From the NCBI GenBank assembly GCA_977862235.1, contig OZ374557.1:868001-932000 (forward strand): a DNA stretch of 64,000 bases. The letters are read 5' to 3'. The notes beneath the pieces are model-generated. The model made no database searches. It saw only the letters and a list, made by a program, of their open reading frames with translations, and was not told the origin of the DNA. This document shows positions 1 to 12,080 of this stretch, in pieces. This DNA is from Dudresnaya verticillata. Taxonomy: Eukaryota. The translations under genes were made by a program, and so were the position numbers. Numbering within the stretch: position 1 is the first letter of the stretch; each line of letters starts with the position of its first letter.

Positions 1-764
1 GTCTTTTTTGACTTATGATTTATTTTTGCGCGTGCGGGCAGAGTCTAATTAGCCAACTATCGATTTTGATTTTGAATTTGTATTTTGTTTTTGTTTTTGT
101 TTTTTCTTTTCCTACCGTAAATGCCCTATGCACTAAATAAAAAACAATTTGTCGCGCGTCGCTGGATCTGGATTCGGGTCGCTGCGTCGCCGGTTTGCGT
201 GTTCGCGCTCGCACCGCTCTGAACTGCGCCCACCACGGATAACCGGTTGAACCCTCCCGCCCCCCTAGGGCGCGCCGCTACCACTCGGGGCAGCAACGAC
301 GGGAATCAAGCAGGATCTGTACCCGTTGCGAAGGGGTCTACTCTCGCCACAACTCAGCTTAGATGCCCCGGGCTTCCACCCGTGCTTGCGCACTCCCGTA
401 GAGGGAGGGGGGAGGAGTCGTGCGGGAGCGTTCCCCGCCGCCGCTCATATGGCCCTGTAGTTTGCGATTTACCGGGCCTCAGCGAGATCACGGCGAGCTC
501 ACTTCGGATGAGCACTACAGTACCAATTTAATTATGTGAAGTAGCTTTCTAGGCCCCTAGGACAGGTGCGGTTTTAATCACATAATTTAAGAATGGAGGC
601 GCACGGCGGGACTGTAAGATCGTATCACTGTAGCGCGGCGGCGCGTCTGTCAATTTACTGTCAGAAAATCGGAGCGCACCACTGCGCGCGCGTTGATTTG
701 GTACCACGGCAAAATGAAGCCAATCGGGTGGCGCGGCTTGGCGGTCAGCCAATGGGGTTGCAGC

Positions 765-855
765 TTTGCTACTGCTACTGCTGCTGCTGCTGATGCTGAT
801 GCTGCTGATGCTGCTGATGCTGCTGATGCTGCTGCTGCTGCTGCTGCTGCTGCTG
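765..855. repeat. Compound trinucleotide microsatellite (GCT/GAT/ACT)n
   Basis: Visible run tgctactgctactgctgctgctgctgatgctgatgctgct... of about 90 bp. Confidence 0.95.
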
Positions 856-1182
856 AATGTTTCTATCGTAAAAGGGAGAACTAGTAATATTTTTAGGCGT
901 GCGTAGAAATAGGATTGGCGGCAAAGGATGGTAATGACGGGCGGATGTTAAATTCTACAAATATTTTACGTGTACGAAGCCCTCGAGGGGCGTCGTACAC
1001 TGACTAATCATTACTATGGGGAGAATACGTGCGTACCCGTTGCTTACATCCACACGTGAACGCAGCTTGCGCCTTACAGTGCGGTCCACGTTCAGACCGT
1101 ACACGTGTGTGATCCTATTGTGCCCGATATGCGCATGCCCTCGTGTACCACGTGTATGCGTACAGCCGCTTATGCCACGTTA

Positions 1183-1928
1183 GAGCATCTCTACCGGCAC
1201 GGTAAATTATATTTCTAACGCGCATTTTTCACCATATGTTCCGCGCTCATTGGGTGAATCTAATAGTCTGAAGATAGGTATTTAGGTGTGTATACAACGA
1301 CTGTGTAAACTCTACCGGTTGAATTTATTTCTAACCGTATCCGGGCCACAGTGCTCCTTCCTCGTCCTGCCCTAGCAACTTCGACACAATGCATCACCGC
1401 CTGTTCCCGTACTTGCTGTCGGGGACCGCCGGCGGCTGTGGTCCCTTCTCGATGAAGCGGCAGTGCATGGCTTCGGAGAAGCGCTTGGCCTTCTGGTCCG
1501 CACCCACGACTCGATCCTCGGACCCAGCGATCCATGCGCAGGCGAGGACCTCGTTCTCATCCTGATGTCCCAGCTCTTCCCGCGGCCCATGTTGGCGGTG
1601 TGTGTGTGTGAGTGGTAGAGGTGGGCTAGCGGGGACGAAATGTGACATGTAGCATGGGTTGTGGCGGAAGATGGATGGTACTGTGTACAGCACCTCTCTC
1701 TGTCTTCGCGCGCTTTGCGCAACCAATAATGGAGCAGAGAATGGCACTGTGTATCAATAGAATACCTCACGCGCGTGCGCTATTGGGGTGATCAATAGAC
1801 ATTTTCGGCTGGGTATTCTATTGAAAATTTACGCGATTAGAATAGATTCGCCGCGGTAGAGATGGGAAATTCTATCTATACTAAAAAATTGTATATATTT
1901 ACTGAATAGCGAACCGGTAGAGATGCTC
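1183..1928 (-). mobile_element. Non-autonomous PIF/Harbinger (Tourist-like) element, 746 bp
   Basis: Perfect 15-bp TIR GAGCATCTCTACCGG (1183-1197 / 1914-1928); TTA target duplication at 1180-1182 and 1929-1931. Confidence 0.92.
1394..1590 (-). pseudogene. Fragment of Harbinger Myb/SANT-like DNA-binding ORF
   Basis: Frameshifted MGRGKSW/DENEVLACAWIAGSEDRVVGADQKAKRF fits the Harbinger accessory Myb-like pattern (W..EED..L..AW...S.D...G.DQ...F). Confidence 0.75.
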
Positions 1929-2262
1929 TTACCCACACTCAGCGTTTCACCGTACCTGAGCCTCGGCCGAATTGTCCACGGTTTGTACGCCAATGGCGTT
2001 TTCTTTTCGCGAAGCAAGCGGGTTCTCGCCAAGGCCTGTGGGCGGTTTCGAAATTGTGTCCCACGCTGAATGACGGTAGACGCCCGTCTTCGACGGTATA
2101 TACGCCAGCGGCAGTAAGTTATATCAGGAGTGCCGTGCATGTTTTAAACCATACAGCTCCCCCAACACGCGAATACACGATACGATTCTCCCGGCCCTTA
2201 GTCGTTTTCAATCGTTCTTGTGTTGCTTCATCGTTGTGTGCTCCGCCGTTCGGCTTACTGAG

Positions 2263-3142
2263 TTAAGCCGCGACCGTTCGTAGCGATTTCCCACTGTGCC
2301 GGCGCGACCGTCTCGGAGCCGGCTGCGGCGCCGGTTTACCAGTCCTTACGTTTCTCCGGGATCCGCAGATTTGCAACGGCGGGCCGCCCTCACACTTCGT
2401 TACGTCAACGGCCGCGGAAGACGCTTTCACGAATGCCAACGCCACTAGCCGAGAAGTAGACGCGTCTGGGACGGACGATGCGACACATATGGCGGTTGAG
2501 GCTCCGGTTGGTGGCCCTTCTGTTGAGGTTGTAGCACCCATGGCAGTTGAACCAATTGATCTTATGGCGACCGTCCCCACGCCTGGGTCGGATGCAATGA
2601 CGCCTATTGGCGGTGGTGGCCCCTAGTCTGCCATTGAGGCAGACAGGGATCGGGTCATGAGTGCGCCTTCGGCGGTTGAAGTCAACGCGAACTACGCCGT
2701 CGATGACGGTATTACCGCAAGTCGGTGGAGCCCCGTTTGGGCCCGCGAGCAGCGCAAATTGATGCTCAACCTCCTTCGCACCGCCGGCGTGGCGACCGAT
2801 AGCTTGATTTAACCGCCTTCGGAGTGGCCCGCCCGCCTTCAGGCGCCTCTACCGGGGGCTTTGTTAGCCCTTGATGTCGCTGAGGCGGGGTCTGCTGGAA
2901 CGTCTTCGTCGGATGATATCAGCGCGGTTGCCGCGGTAAGTGCACCGTCTGCGACGGTTGTTCCTCGAGTCCCCGCGTTGCGCTCAGCGCTGCCCGATGT
3001 GGAGAATACACCTGCTCGTGCCGAAAATGCGCCGTCTACGACGGACGATGCTTACGACGAATCCATACGAGATGTCGTCGATTCCACTGTCGGTCGCTCG
3101 TCGTCGCCTGTAGCAGCGGCTGCTGCCGACTCGGATTCGTAA
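2263..3142 (+). pseudogene. Degenerate antisense accessory ORF (family 2) of the minus-strand chromovirus
   Basis: Blocks PSHFVTSTAAEDAF (~2385), PR/WAREQRKLMLNLLRTAGV..PPSEWPARL (~2730-2840) and DDAYDESIRD (~3045) align with the 41864-42937 minus-strand ORFs. Confidence 0.65.
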
Positions 3143-3717
3143 TGGCGGACCTTCCTAGACGTTGATGCACGCGAAAGTGCGTTACTGGGATGCACGTGGC
3201 CACGAGTAGCGCGGGTGCCCTGCAGTGTAGATAGGATTGTTCCTTATATCCGACGCGCGTCGCATAATGGAGCTTAACGCTGGTGATGTGGCCAAAATAG
3301 AAGACCATTTGCATGTTGTTTTAGCTTAACCGCCATTTGACGATGCGTAGAATCCATAGCATCGTCGTGGTTCGCGGTTTTACCCAGAGCGGCGCTTGGC
3401 CGGACGGTAGTTGCTTCCGGTACTAGTAACATATGTTCCTAAAAGCCCACCGCCCTTGTCGTTGCCATTGCTCAATGTCGGTACCGCTCTTAAGCGCATC
3501 GTGTCCAACACACAGTACGCAATCCACATCATGCGTTCCTCCTCCATCGTTACTGACGATTTCTACGTCCGGGCGTGTATGCGGTGGGCAAATCCGTTCT
3601 TGAGTCTGCCTCGCGACGGTCCACAGGGCGCCGTCACTGGCGGGGAACGTACGCCGACGGGCCGCAGCTATGCCAAATTTGGCCATAAAATCATCTTCGA
3701 CGATTAGCACGGCTTTC

Positions 3718-4324
3718 TGTCGGTCGAGACGGGGGGTCGATCCGGATTGGTGGTCCTGTCGGGCCACGGTGTCGGACCGATGCGGGTCGTGGTATGATAA
3801 CCGGCCCGGTCCTGCGGTAACTGCTGCGCGGCGGGGTCGGGCGCACGCGAGGGCCGGGGCGTGTTGCGCTAAAGCGGTTGGCGGCGTGGTTGCGGCGGCG
3901 GCGGCGGACGAAATCGTAGTCGACTTTATTGTTGGGGTGGTGGTTCTTGGTGCCGGGTCTCTATAGCTAGTTGGCTCTAGGCAGCCTTAAGTAGGTCTAG
4001 AACGCATTAGGAATCTAATATAGAATGTAGCTAAAACGGCCTAAATGTAATACTATTCGCAGCCGCTACCCATAAAGGTGCTCTAATAACACTAAAAAGG
4101 GCGTTTGTCTAAGCGAACTAGTCTACTGCTGTCCTCTCCTGGGTGGCTTGGGCCCGATGAATCGGGGCCATGGACCTATTGCGCCACCCAGGGGCATCCT
4201 ACGCATGCTACTGTAGCTCGCGCATGGCGCTGCGCAGCAATCTATTGTGGGTGGACCAATCCAATTTTGGATTTTGGACCACCTCACGATAGGTGCGTAT
4301 GCCTCGGGATCTCCCTCTCCGACA
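3718..4324 (-). repeat. 3' LTR of Copia element (607 bp)
   Basis: Direct repeat of 8492-9130; TG..CA termini. Confidence 0.93.
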
Positions 4325-4353
4325 CTCCCAAAACTTTTTCGCTTGACAAACTG

Positions 4354-5240
4354 TTACTTCCTTCTTTCTACCCATTGATCGATGCGATGTGCGGCTAGAG
4401 GTGTTTTGTGCTTCAATGCTGCTAGCACTCTTCTCTCCGCGATGATGGTACTCATTTCCCTTCTGGCTTCGTTTAGTATGTTCATGCGTTCCTGTTGGGA
4501 AGGAATTTGAGAATTAATGATTGGAAATCTAGGCATAATACCAAATGCTAGTAGCGAGGGTACCAGGCCATTTTCTCCAATCGTATCGTTCATAGCTGTT
4601 ACCGCTAGTTTGAAGATAATATTCGGGGACTCGTGAGGATAATTAAGGCTTACCTTATTATCTATTCTCCTCAGCGGGTCATGAAGCCTTTCTCCGAGTC
4701 CGAGAGAATTGTGTGATTGAATCCCGGATATTTGTAGTTCGATTCCAACGTTGTCTGCCATACTCTTCCATCTAGGCGAAGTAAATACTGATCCAGAGTC
4801 GGCCTTCATTCTATTAGGGAGTCCGGTATACATAGTACACCAGGTTTCCAAAAACGCTCTCCATACACCTTCAACACTCTGCCCGTAGTCCATCCCATGA
4901 GTATCTAGGAACGTAGCACTTGAAAATCTGGTGGCTGTGTCTACAATATGTAGTACTGCCTTAGAGTTCAGGAACATGAGGTCTAGTGAGACTTCTGATC
5001 CGAAAATGAGCTCGTCAGAGTGTGGTATCTTGACTTTGAATCTCAAAGGGGTAGGTCCGAGTCTCTGGCAGATGTCACATTTCATGGAAATGTCCTGTAA
5101 GATCTTGACAGTTTCCTCATTCATCTCTTCAGGGCGTGCCCGTTTTATCAGGTTCAGTAGCTTATCATTAGCCGGATGCTGAAAACCACGGTGTAGTTTT
5201 ACGAGCTCGTTTTTTGTGAACAGAATGTGGTCACCCTTAT
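4354..5240 (-). pseudogene. pol: Copia integrase (HHCC + DDE core), truncated before RT
   Basis: KLHRGFQH..CDICQ zinc-binding motif; SLDLMF, IVDTATRFS, ADSGSVF, GLGERLH. Confidence 0.9.
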
Positions 5241-5241
5241 T

Positions 5242-5706
5242 TCATTCAAGGTAGACATGCCCGAGTTTCCTTACGACTGGTGTACTCCAGCTTCCGTTAG
5301 GGCAACGAAGTTCATTAGCTACTGTATCCACGTAGATCCCTAAAGAATCCATGACATCCAACCCGATAAGGAACGGTACATTTGCGGAGACGACATCGAC
5401 ATTTATCATTGCAAATGCAGTAGACGAAAGTGGTACCCTAATTGGGATTGAGCCTAAGGACTGTTGTTGGTCTTCTCCAAGCCTGTAACTATTGTTGTTA
5501 CTCCTAGGTTTGAACGTGACTCCCATGTACCGGCAATAGGCTTTGGGTTGCTTCATTCCAATGACCGTTCTTTGGGCCCCAGTGTCTATGCAGGCCCCAT
5601 GCCATTTTTCTTTACCGTGGCTGAGTTTAATCTTCTCCAAACTCAGTTGGAGTACTTTGAACGAGTGCTTCTTCTTCTTCTTCTTCCATTGCTCTTTCCT
5701 TATCAA
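5242..5706 (-). pseudogene. pol: Copia aspartic protease
   Basis: ACIDTGAQRTVIG and VPFLIGLDVM motifs; stop at 5242. Confidence 0.88.
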
Positions 5707-5846
5707 TTTTCATTTTGTAGACCGAGTGTGAGCCTTTTTCATGCGGCACCGTTTCTTGCGGAGGACAGTTTCGAAAAATGGACCAGCTTGACCGTTATTG
5801 GCCGTCACCGGTCGCAAACTTCGACGGTGTATACAACTGACCCCGT

Positions 5847-7431
5847 CTAAAAATCCTCTGGGTCGAGAAGCTCAGTCAAACCCTTGGTGTCGTTCGATTG
5901 TTCCCTTTCAGTTTCCATAATGCGCTCATGGAAGTTCTCGGCAACGTGATCCGATTCAGCACTCTCAGAGTCAGATGAAGTGGAATCATTAGATCCCAGT
6001 TTTTCGTCTTTTCCGGCGAAGAGTTCCTCGAAGACCTCATCATCATTTTGAAAAAGAGCGTCTTCGACTTGGACACAGAGCTCAAATAGGACATGTGCGA
6101 CTCCTTTCGGGTCTTGTTTAACCATTTTTCCGACATTTCGAAGGAGATTTCTCGCATTACGACAGTCCCTTATGAAATGATCTAAACTCCCACAGTTGTG
6201 ACACTTACGTGGTCTACCGAACTTGTCAGTCCCATTCTTACCAGCATCCGCGTTGGAACGGTGCTTTGGCTGGAAGTTGCGCGGGGCAGAGGATCTGGAA
6301 CCAGGCTTACGTGGTCTTCCGTACATACCTTGCCCTTGGTAATAAAGACCGGGCACGTTGTTGCTTGATGGTAATACCATTTTGCTACCAGAGTTATTTT
6401 TTTACGTCCCTCCTCTTCTTCTTGCTCCTGAAGCCAGGCGGCGTCCAATGCAGTATACAGCTGTTGGAAGTCCCAGGGAGGGTTGGCTGCTTGAGCATTT
6501 GAAAGAGATGCCCTAGCCCAACTAGCTCCTACAACAGCCTTATAGAGGTATTCTACCTTGTCCTCTTCTGAACGGTGTGTTTTAGGACCTTGGGGGGCGA
6601 ATTTGGTGATAGTTTCACGAAGCTCCTCAAGTCCTTCCGTAATAGTACATTCTTTGCCTTAACTATAGAGTTTAGTCTTAGGCTCTGAAGATGTTTACGC
6701 ACACAGTTCTGGCGAGTGATGTTATTGAACTCCTCTTGCATGATACGGACTGCTGCGGCGAATGTGTCGCAACGATCTGCTACCTTCTCACGGTAGAATC
6801 GTTTGGCTTCCCCATCGAAGATATTGTGTAGGAATAGTAGCTTCTGTTGGTTGTCCAAACCGTAGTCTCTAGCTGCGTCAAGGTAGTTGTTGATGTGCTC
6901 TGAGAGATCCTCACCGAGCCTTCCAGTAAACTTGTCACCCTTCTTGAAGCGGGTAGCTACGTTGTGAGCAAGCTTCTTTTCGTCAGTGATAGTTGTTACT
7001 GTTTGCGTTCCTCCAGCTACCGTGCCATTTGCAGGCGACGGGACTCCACCAGGGTGCGAACTTTGGCTACCGGGAGTGTTTGCCGCTACCAGTCGAGCGA
7101 TAGCATTAGTCTGATCGGCCTCAGTAGCGTAAAGCATAGAGGGTAGACCATATGCTACCCGGTTGCTCTGATGGTGCTGCGTGTATGTCAGCCCCTTTAC
7201 GGTGAGGCAGTCTCTAATAACCCGGTAGAGAGTGGCAGGTCCTCTGATGGCGTCCTCGGAGTAGAGGGTCTCAACAGGGAGGTCCTCTCGGAGGTCGGCG
7301 ATTATAGTCGCATCTGGTGCCTGAGGGTCGGCGAAGACGTGTACAGATATTGGTGCCTTGATATCCTGTTGTAAAGGGGTACTGGGAATATAACCGTTTA
7401 GTGTCCCCCTTACAGCTGGCAAAGTAGCCAT
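5847..7431 (-). pseudogene. gag: Copia Gag (frameshifted) with CCHC zinc knuckle
   Basis: KFTGRLGEDLSEHINNYLDAARDY..FLHNIFDGEAKRFY (6553-7431); CHNCGSLDHFIRDC in 5847-6380. Confidence 0.85.
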
Positions 7432-7788
7432 GGTATCCTATTTCAATTTCCTACTGGTTCCTTTTTTCTTTTCCTGTAATTCCCCTTTTTCTTAATATCC
7501 CTTTTTAGCCCCCTTTTTATTAATGTCTTTTTGTTGACGCGTGTGTCTCTTTTCGTTTTCGTAATAGGTCCGTTTCCTTTTTTTCTTTTTTTCTTTTCTT
7601 TTTTTGGGGGTTTTAAGTGTCTGGGGTACTAACCCCTTTTTCTACTGTAATTACTAATGTCTAAGGCGGCGCAGGAGACTAATGGTGTTTGCGCGGTTGA
7701 GGGCCTGACGGTGACGGGCGCCCTGTAAGTGCCCCTGGAGGTCGTGTTGAGAGGCGAAATTGACCTCACACACCTCGCAGCGCGGGCG

Positions 7789-8330
7789 CTATACGCGTTC
7801 TGCTCGGCGCTGTAATGCGCGGCGGTGCGGACCTCCAGCAAGGTGCTGTGCCCGCTGTCCAATCGTAGCAAACGTCAGATCGCAGGGCTGACAATAATAT
7901 GTACGGCGGCGGCGTGCGCGGTGCTCTCTCCTGATGCGCGATTCGGCGGTGCGCCTGATGCTGTCAGCAGCGAAGTGGCCCAATGGGCGTTGAGAGCGTG
8001 GCAGGCGGCGGCTTGGACGGGGCGGCGAAATCGGCGAGAGGGGGGCACTGCTGTCACTGTCAGAAATATCTGACCCTCTCGCTTCTGATTCGATGAGGGG
8101 ATAAGCGGCGGCGGATTCGCTTGACGAATCGGAGGCGACCGCAGTGGATTATTGGCCCGAACGGCGGCGGCTGCGGGCCTCACGTTCGCGCTGCAGGCGC
8201 TCATGAATGACCTCCGGGTCGTTGGCGGCACGTTTGAGACGCGCCACTGCAAGAAATTACAAAAGGTTAGATTTTCAGATAAATTTGACCGTTTTTCTTG
8301 CAGTGACAATGCAGTGTTGCAGTACGTACT
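7789..8330 (-). pseudogene. Putative spliced accessory gene with C-terminal U1/matrin/JAZ-type C2H2 zinc finger, upstream of gag
   Basis: YYCQPCDLTFATIGQRAQHLAGGPH; predicted 83-nt intron 8329-8247 (GTACGT..CTAAC..TTGCAG); one in-frame TAA at 8151-8149. Confidence 0.5.
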
Positions 8331-8491
8331 GTGTTACAGCAGTGATTGTTATGCCCAATTGGGGCGTGATTTGACGCCTCTAGAAGCGATGGTCAACAGG
8401 ACCGTTCGCTCCTAGAGACAGTGCAAATATAACAAAAATTGCCCTTGAGGGTATGTCTGACGGCGGTACGGCTCGATCGTTTAATCGCGAT

Positions 8492-9130
8492 TGTCGGTCG
8501 AGACGGGGGGGTCGATCCGGATTGGTGGTCCTGTCGGGCCACGGTGTCGGACCGATGCGGGTCGTGGTATGATAACCGCCCCGGTCCTGCGGTAACTGCT
8601 GCGCGGCGGGGTCGGGCGCACGCAAGGGCCGGGGCGTGTTGCGCTAAAGCACGCAAGGGCCGGGGCGTGTTGCGCTACAGCGGTCGGCGGCGCGGTTGCG
8701 GCGGCGGCGGCGGACGAAATCGTAGTCGACTTTATTGTTGGGGTGGTGGTTCTTGGTGCCGGGGCTCTATAGCTAGTTGGCTCTAGGCAGCCTTAAGTAG
8801 GTCTAGAACGCATTAGGAATCTAACATAGAATGTAACTAAAACGGCCTAAATGTAATACTATTCGCAGCCGCTACCCATAAAGGTGCTCTAATAACACTA
8901 AAAAGGGCGTTTCTCTAAGCGAACTAGTCTACTGCTGTCCTCTCCTGGGTGGCTTGGGCCCGATGAATCGGGGCCATGGACCTATTGCGCCACCCAGGGG
9001 CATCCTACGCATGCTACTGTAGCTCGCGCATGGCGCTGCGCAGCAATCTATTGTGGGTGGACCAATCCAATTTTGGATTTTGGTCCACCTCACGATAGGT
9101 GCGTATGCCTCGGGATCTCCCTCTCCGACA
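8492..9130 (-). repeat. 5' LTR of Copia element (639 bp, with a ~30-bp internal tandem duplication near 8618-8680)
   Basis: Direct repeat of 3718-4324. Confidence 0.93.
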
Positions 9131-9879
9131 CTTTCCGGTCGTTTTCGAGTTCTGAAGACACCCGCACCGTTCTCCAGATATCGGCAGTTAAAGATAATCA
9201 AACCATGATGGCCAATCGGAAGCGCCTCCGCCCAAATGGAGCGCGCCCGCTATTTCCAGAATTTTGAGCATCTGTAATTTGATTGGCTATAAAGAATCTT
9301 CCCTTCCCAACGCACGCCAACACCGGCGGTGTGTCGGAATAAGGCAACCCGTGTCACACGTGTACACGCAGGCAGATCGGGCGGGCGGTGCGCTTGCTTA
9401 CATGTGACACGTGCATACGTGGCATACATGTGCCCACGCTTTCGTCTTGGGTCGTGCATGCAATGCCTGAGCCCTGATGCGAGTGCACCGCGTGAATCCC
9501 GACTGTGTCATACCCCGTGGGCACCGTGCACTCTACGCGGGTGCCTGTTCCCACCAACTTATGTTGCTAGACGCCCATCTGATCCGCGTGTAACGCGTTT
9601 CTTCTTCCTACGACCTTGTCGTTGATACCGCCTCCTGGCATAAGTGTTGTCCGCATGCTTGCGTGTTGTCGTTACTATTGAGGTAGCTTATCCGTTGCTT
9701 CCTTCGCCCCTCTGGGCACTGTTGGACGTGGGCCGGCTCCGTTGTCCCATGTGAGACAGCGGTGTCGGGCCTTAGTTCCCGTCCATGAAGTCGTCGCACC
9801 GGCCATGACGTGCCTGTCCGTCCGTGCCGCCTTGGGGTCGCTCCACTTGCTATGCGCGGCATTCAACCGATTCGTGCTT

Positions 9880-10400
9880 CGTGCACGTTGGGCGGAGGCC
9901 GTAAACGTTTACGGAGATGGTAGTTAACGATCTGCGATCGGGGGAGAATGCCAAACGGCTCCAAAGTGTTGACGGACGGGGGGCAACCGTACCACTTGAC
10001 GTTATACAGCATCTGGCCTTCATTTTCAGGTGCGTTCCCAACAATCCGTTCGATGACGTACTACGTTTCCGCGTTAGCGTTCGGGGCTGCCCTTCCGGTT
10101 TTGGGCGTTAGGTCCGTTTCGCCTTGCAAATCACGTTCATCAACCACCGGTTCCTGGAACCTCACGCACCGAGACGATCGTCTGGGACGTTTATCCTCGC
10201 CTTGGCATAGTATCCCGCTTCGGATCGTAGAGTCCTCTGCGTGTGGGGCGGGCGCGACGTCCTTCTCCTGTGTCGTGGACGGGTCGTCTGCGATTGGGGT
10301 CGCTTCGGGGCTGTCCACCGTGATCGGGTCTGGTATCCGAATTGAAGCGTGTAAAAACGTGTTAGAGGCCAGGGGAAGGGTGGGCAGTTAGTGGTGGCCG
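9880..10400 (-). pseudogene. pol: Gypsy integrase C-terminus with chromodomain (host of the Copia insertion)
   Basis: *YVIERIVGNAPENEGQMLYNVKWYGCPPSVNTLEPFGILPRSQIVNYH, homologous to 40280-40484. Confidence 0.8.
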
Positions 10401-10440
10401 CCTGTCGGCAGGCTGGATCAGGTGCTATCTTGATGGTGGC

Positions 10441-11052
10441 TGTCAAGAAGTAATAGTGTCGACATGTCAATTCTCGTGTGTCAGTGCAAGTGTAGACGAA
10501 GAGAGTAATCAGCTCTCTTTTATTAGTGCAATTGTAGCCATGGAGAGTATTCTGTCGTGTTTTAGTTTGTGCTCTGTAGAAAGTACGGTTGTGAAAAGGA
10601 ATACAAATACAGGGAAAAGGTGCAACAGAAGTAAAGAGGTATCCGTGCTTTGAGAAGGAACCGGGTCCGCGCGTGTCTACCGTGAGAAATCAACTAAAGA
10701 GACCAGAGCTCTTTACCGGTACGTAACACTAAGTTTAAACTTACTGTGTTCGTCAAGGAGAGTGACCTTGGCGATTGTTCTGGTGTTGTTGCTACAAACT
10801 GCGGTTGAGCTAGAGAAGGGCTCGACAGTGGGACGCAGATTGTCTATCAGGTGTAGCGAGAAGAAGTGAGGCTGTCACAGTGAGGGCGAGATTACAACTA
10901 TGTCCAGCAGCAAGGTGGGTGCTACGCAGGCACAACGAATCAAGGCTGTTGAGGAAAAAATCGAGAAGTTACGTGATGTAGTTTCCGGTACTAAAGAAGG
11001 ACTTGAAGCCGTGGAGTCCCGGATGGGTAACCTGGAGAACACGGTGAGTAAT
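10441..11052 (+). mobile_element. 5' fragment of an AT-richer Gypsy-like element (LTR-like segment plus gag start at 10900)
   Basis: Abrupt TGTCAAG start and composition shift; coiled-coil-like ORF MSSSKVG..LENTVSN cut by the LTR at 11053. Confidence 0.45.
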
Positions 11053-11953
11053 TGTGGTGCAAGGGGAGGTGAACCCTTTTTCGCTGAAAGCGGGCAAACC
11101 AAATACGTCGACCGACGGAGAAACCGTTACCGGCGCTCACCACCGCCGTTGGCGCGCTAACACGTCACCGACGGCTCACCGGGGCGCGCGCGCACACTGC
11201 GCGCCGCACGCCACGCGGGCACTGTAAGGTGATGGGCCGACATGGCGCCCCGGGGCACTGTAATAGGGATCCAGATGGGATCCGGATCCGGTATCCAGAT
11301 TGGCTATCCGGATCGCCTAAGCTGTAAGATACGCGCCTGTAAGGCTGCGGGTATTCGCATTGCTGGCCCGATCCGGATGGGATCGGGATCGGACAAGTAT
11401 CGGATTAGATCCAAGGCGCACGCTCTACAGTATGTGCGCGCGCATGGCTATAAGGCACACGCGTCCACGTGTGCGTGTAAGCACCCACACAGGGGGTTGT
11501 ACGGCAATCTGTCAGGCGCGCGGCTGCATGCGATGGGTGATCTGTCAGACGCACCTCGGGACGACACGTGTCCCGAGTTCCCGTGCTACGCACACGCACC
11601 GCCGCCGCCGCACCGCCGTACTATACTTAGGTAAGCCGTCCCAGACGTAGCAGTAAACGCCCGGGCAAGCCGGCCTTGGTCCAGACTTCCCCGTTCCGCA
11701 CGCGCGTATCCTACCGCTGCCTACGGCTCAAGCGTCTACCTCCCGTGCTTCCACGTCTATCATCGTCCTTGACGTGTTCCCTTTCTGTTTCCTTTTCCCT
11801 TCCCTTCCGCCTCGGGCGTTTACAGTCCGCCCAAGGCGTGTCCTTGCTCTACCAACAAGTCGCCCACGGCGGGACTACTCACCGCCAAGGGCGCAGCTAC
11901 CCACCGAGCCCCGAACTGCTCGGCGGTCTATCGTCTCAGACATTTGCACCACA
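11053..11953 (+). repeat. Gypsy 5' LTR (901 bp)
   Basis: TGTGGTGCAA..TTGCACCACA terminal IR; followed by PBS; related to the LTRs at 35413/44455. Confidence 0.88.
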
Positions 11954-11955
11954 TC

Positions 11956-11972
11956 TGGTCTCCCGACCTAGA
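11956..11972 (+). promoter_or_regulatory. Primer-binding site TGGTCTCCCGACCTAGA
   Basis: TGG start 2 nt after the LTR; same or near-identical motif after the LTRs ending 33747, 36243 and 47333. Confidence 0.85.
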
Positions 11973-12080
11973 ATTGTGCTACGTTTCAACGAGTTACTCC
12001 GTCGTGCGACGTCCGACTCTCCGTCTTCAGACGTTTGTCGCTAATCGTCCACGACGTTCAAGCAACCCTACGATTGTATC

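Larger units (their letters stand above)
858..2155 (-). mobile_element. Probable 3' LTR of a minus-strand chromovirus, interrupted by the Harbinger derivative
   Basis: On the minus strand a PPT-like GGGGGAG (~2157-2163) precedes TGTATGG at 2155. Internal motifs (actgtaagg, tgtaagca, ccccatagtaatgattag) resemble the LTRs at 11053 and 35413. The left end is uncertain. Confidence 0.4.
3718..9130 (-). mobile_element. Ty1/Copia (GalEa-like) LTR retrotransposon, internally deleted (no RT/RNase H)
   Basis: Two very similar LTRs with TGTCGG..CCGACA ends; perfect CTTTC TSD (3713-3717, 9131-9135); gag-protease-integrase order; PPT-like GAAAAAGTTTTGGGAG at 4340-4325. Confidence 0.92.

Noticed and set aside
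693..884. Poly-Ala/Asp protein
   Set aside because: Translation of a microsatellite.
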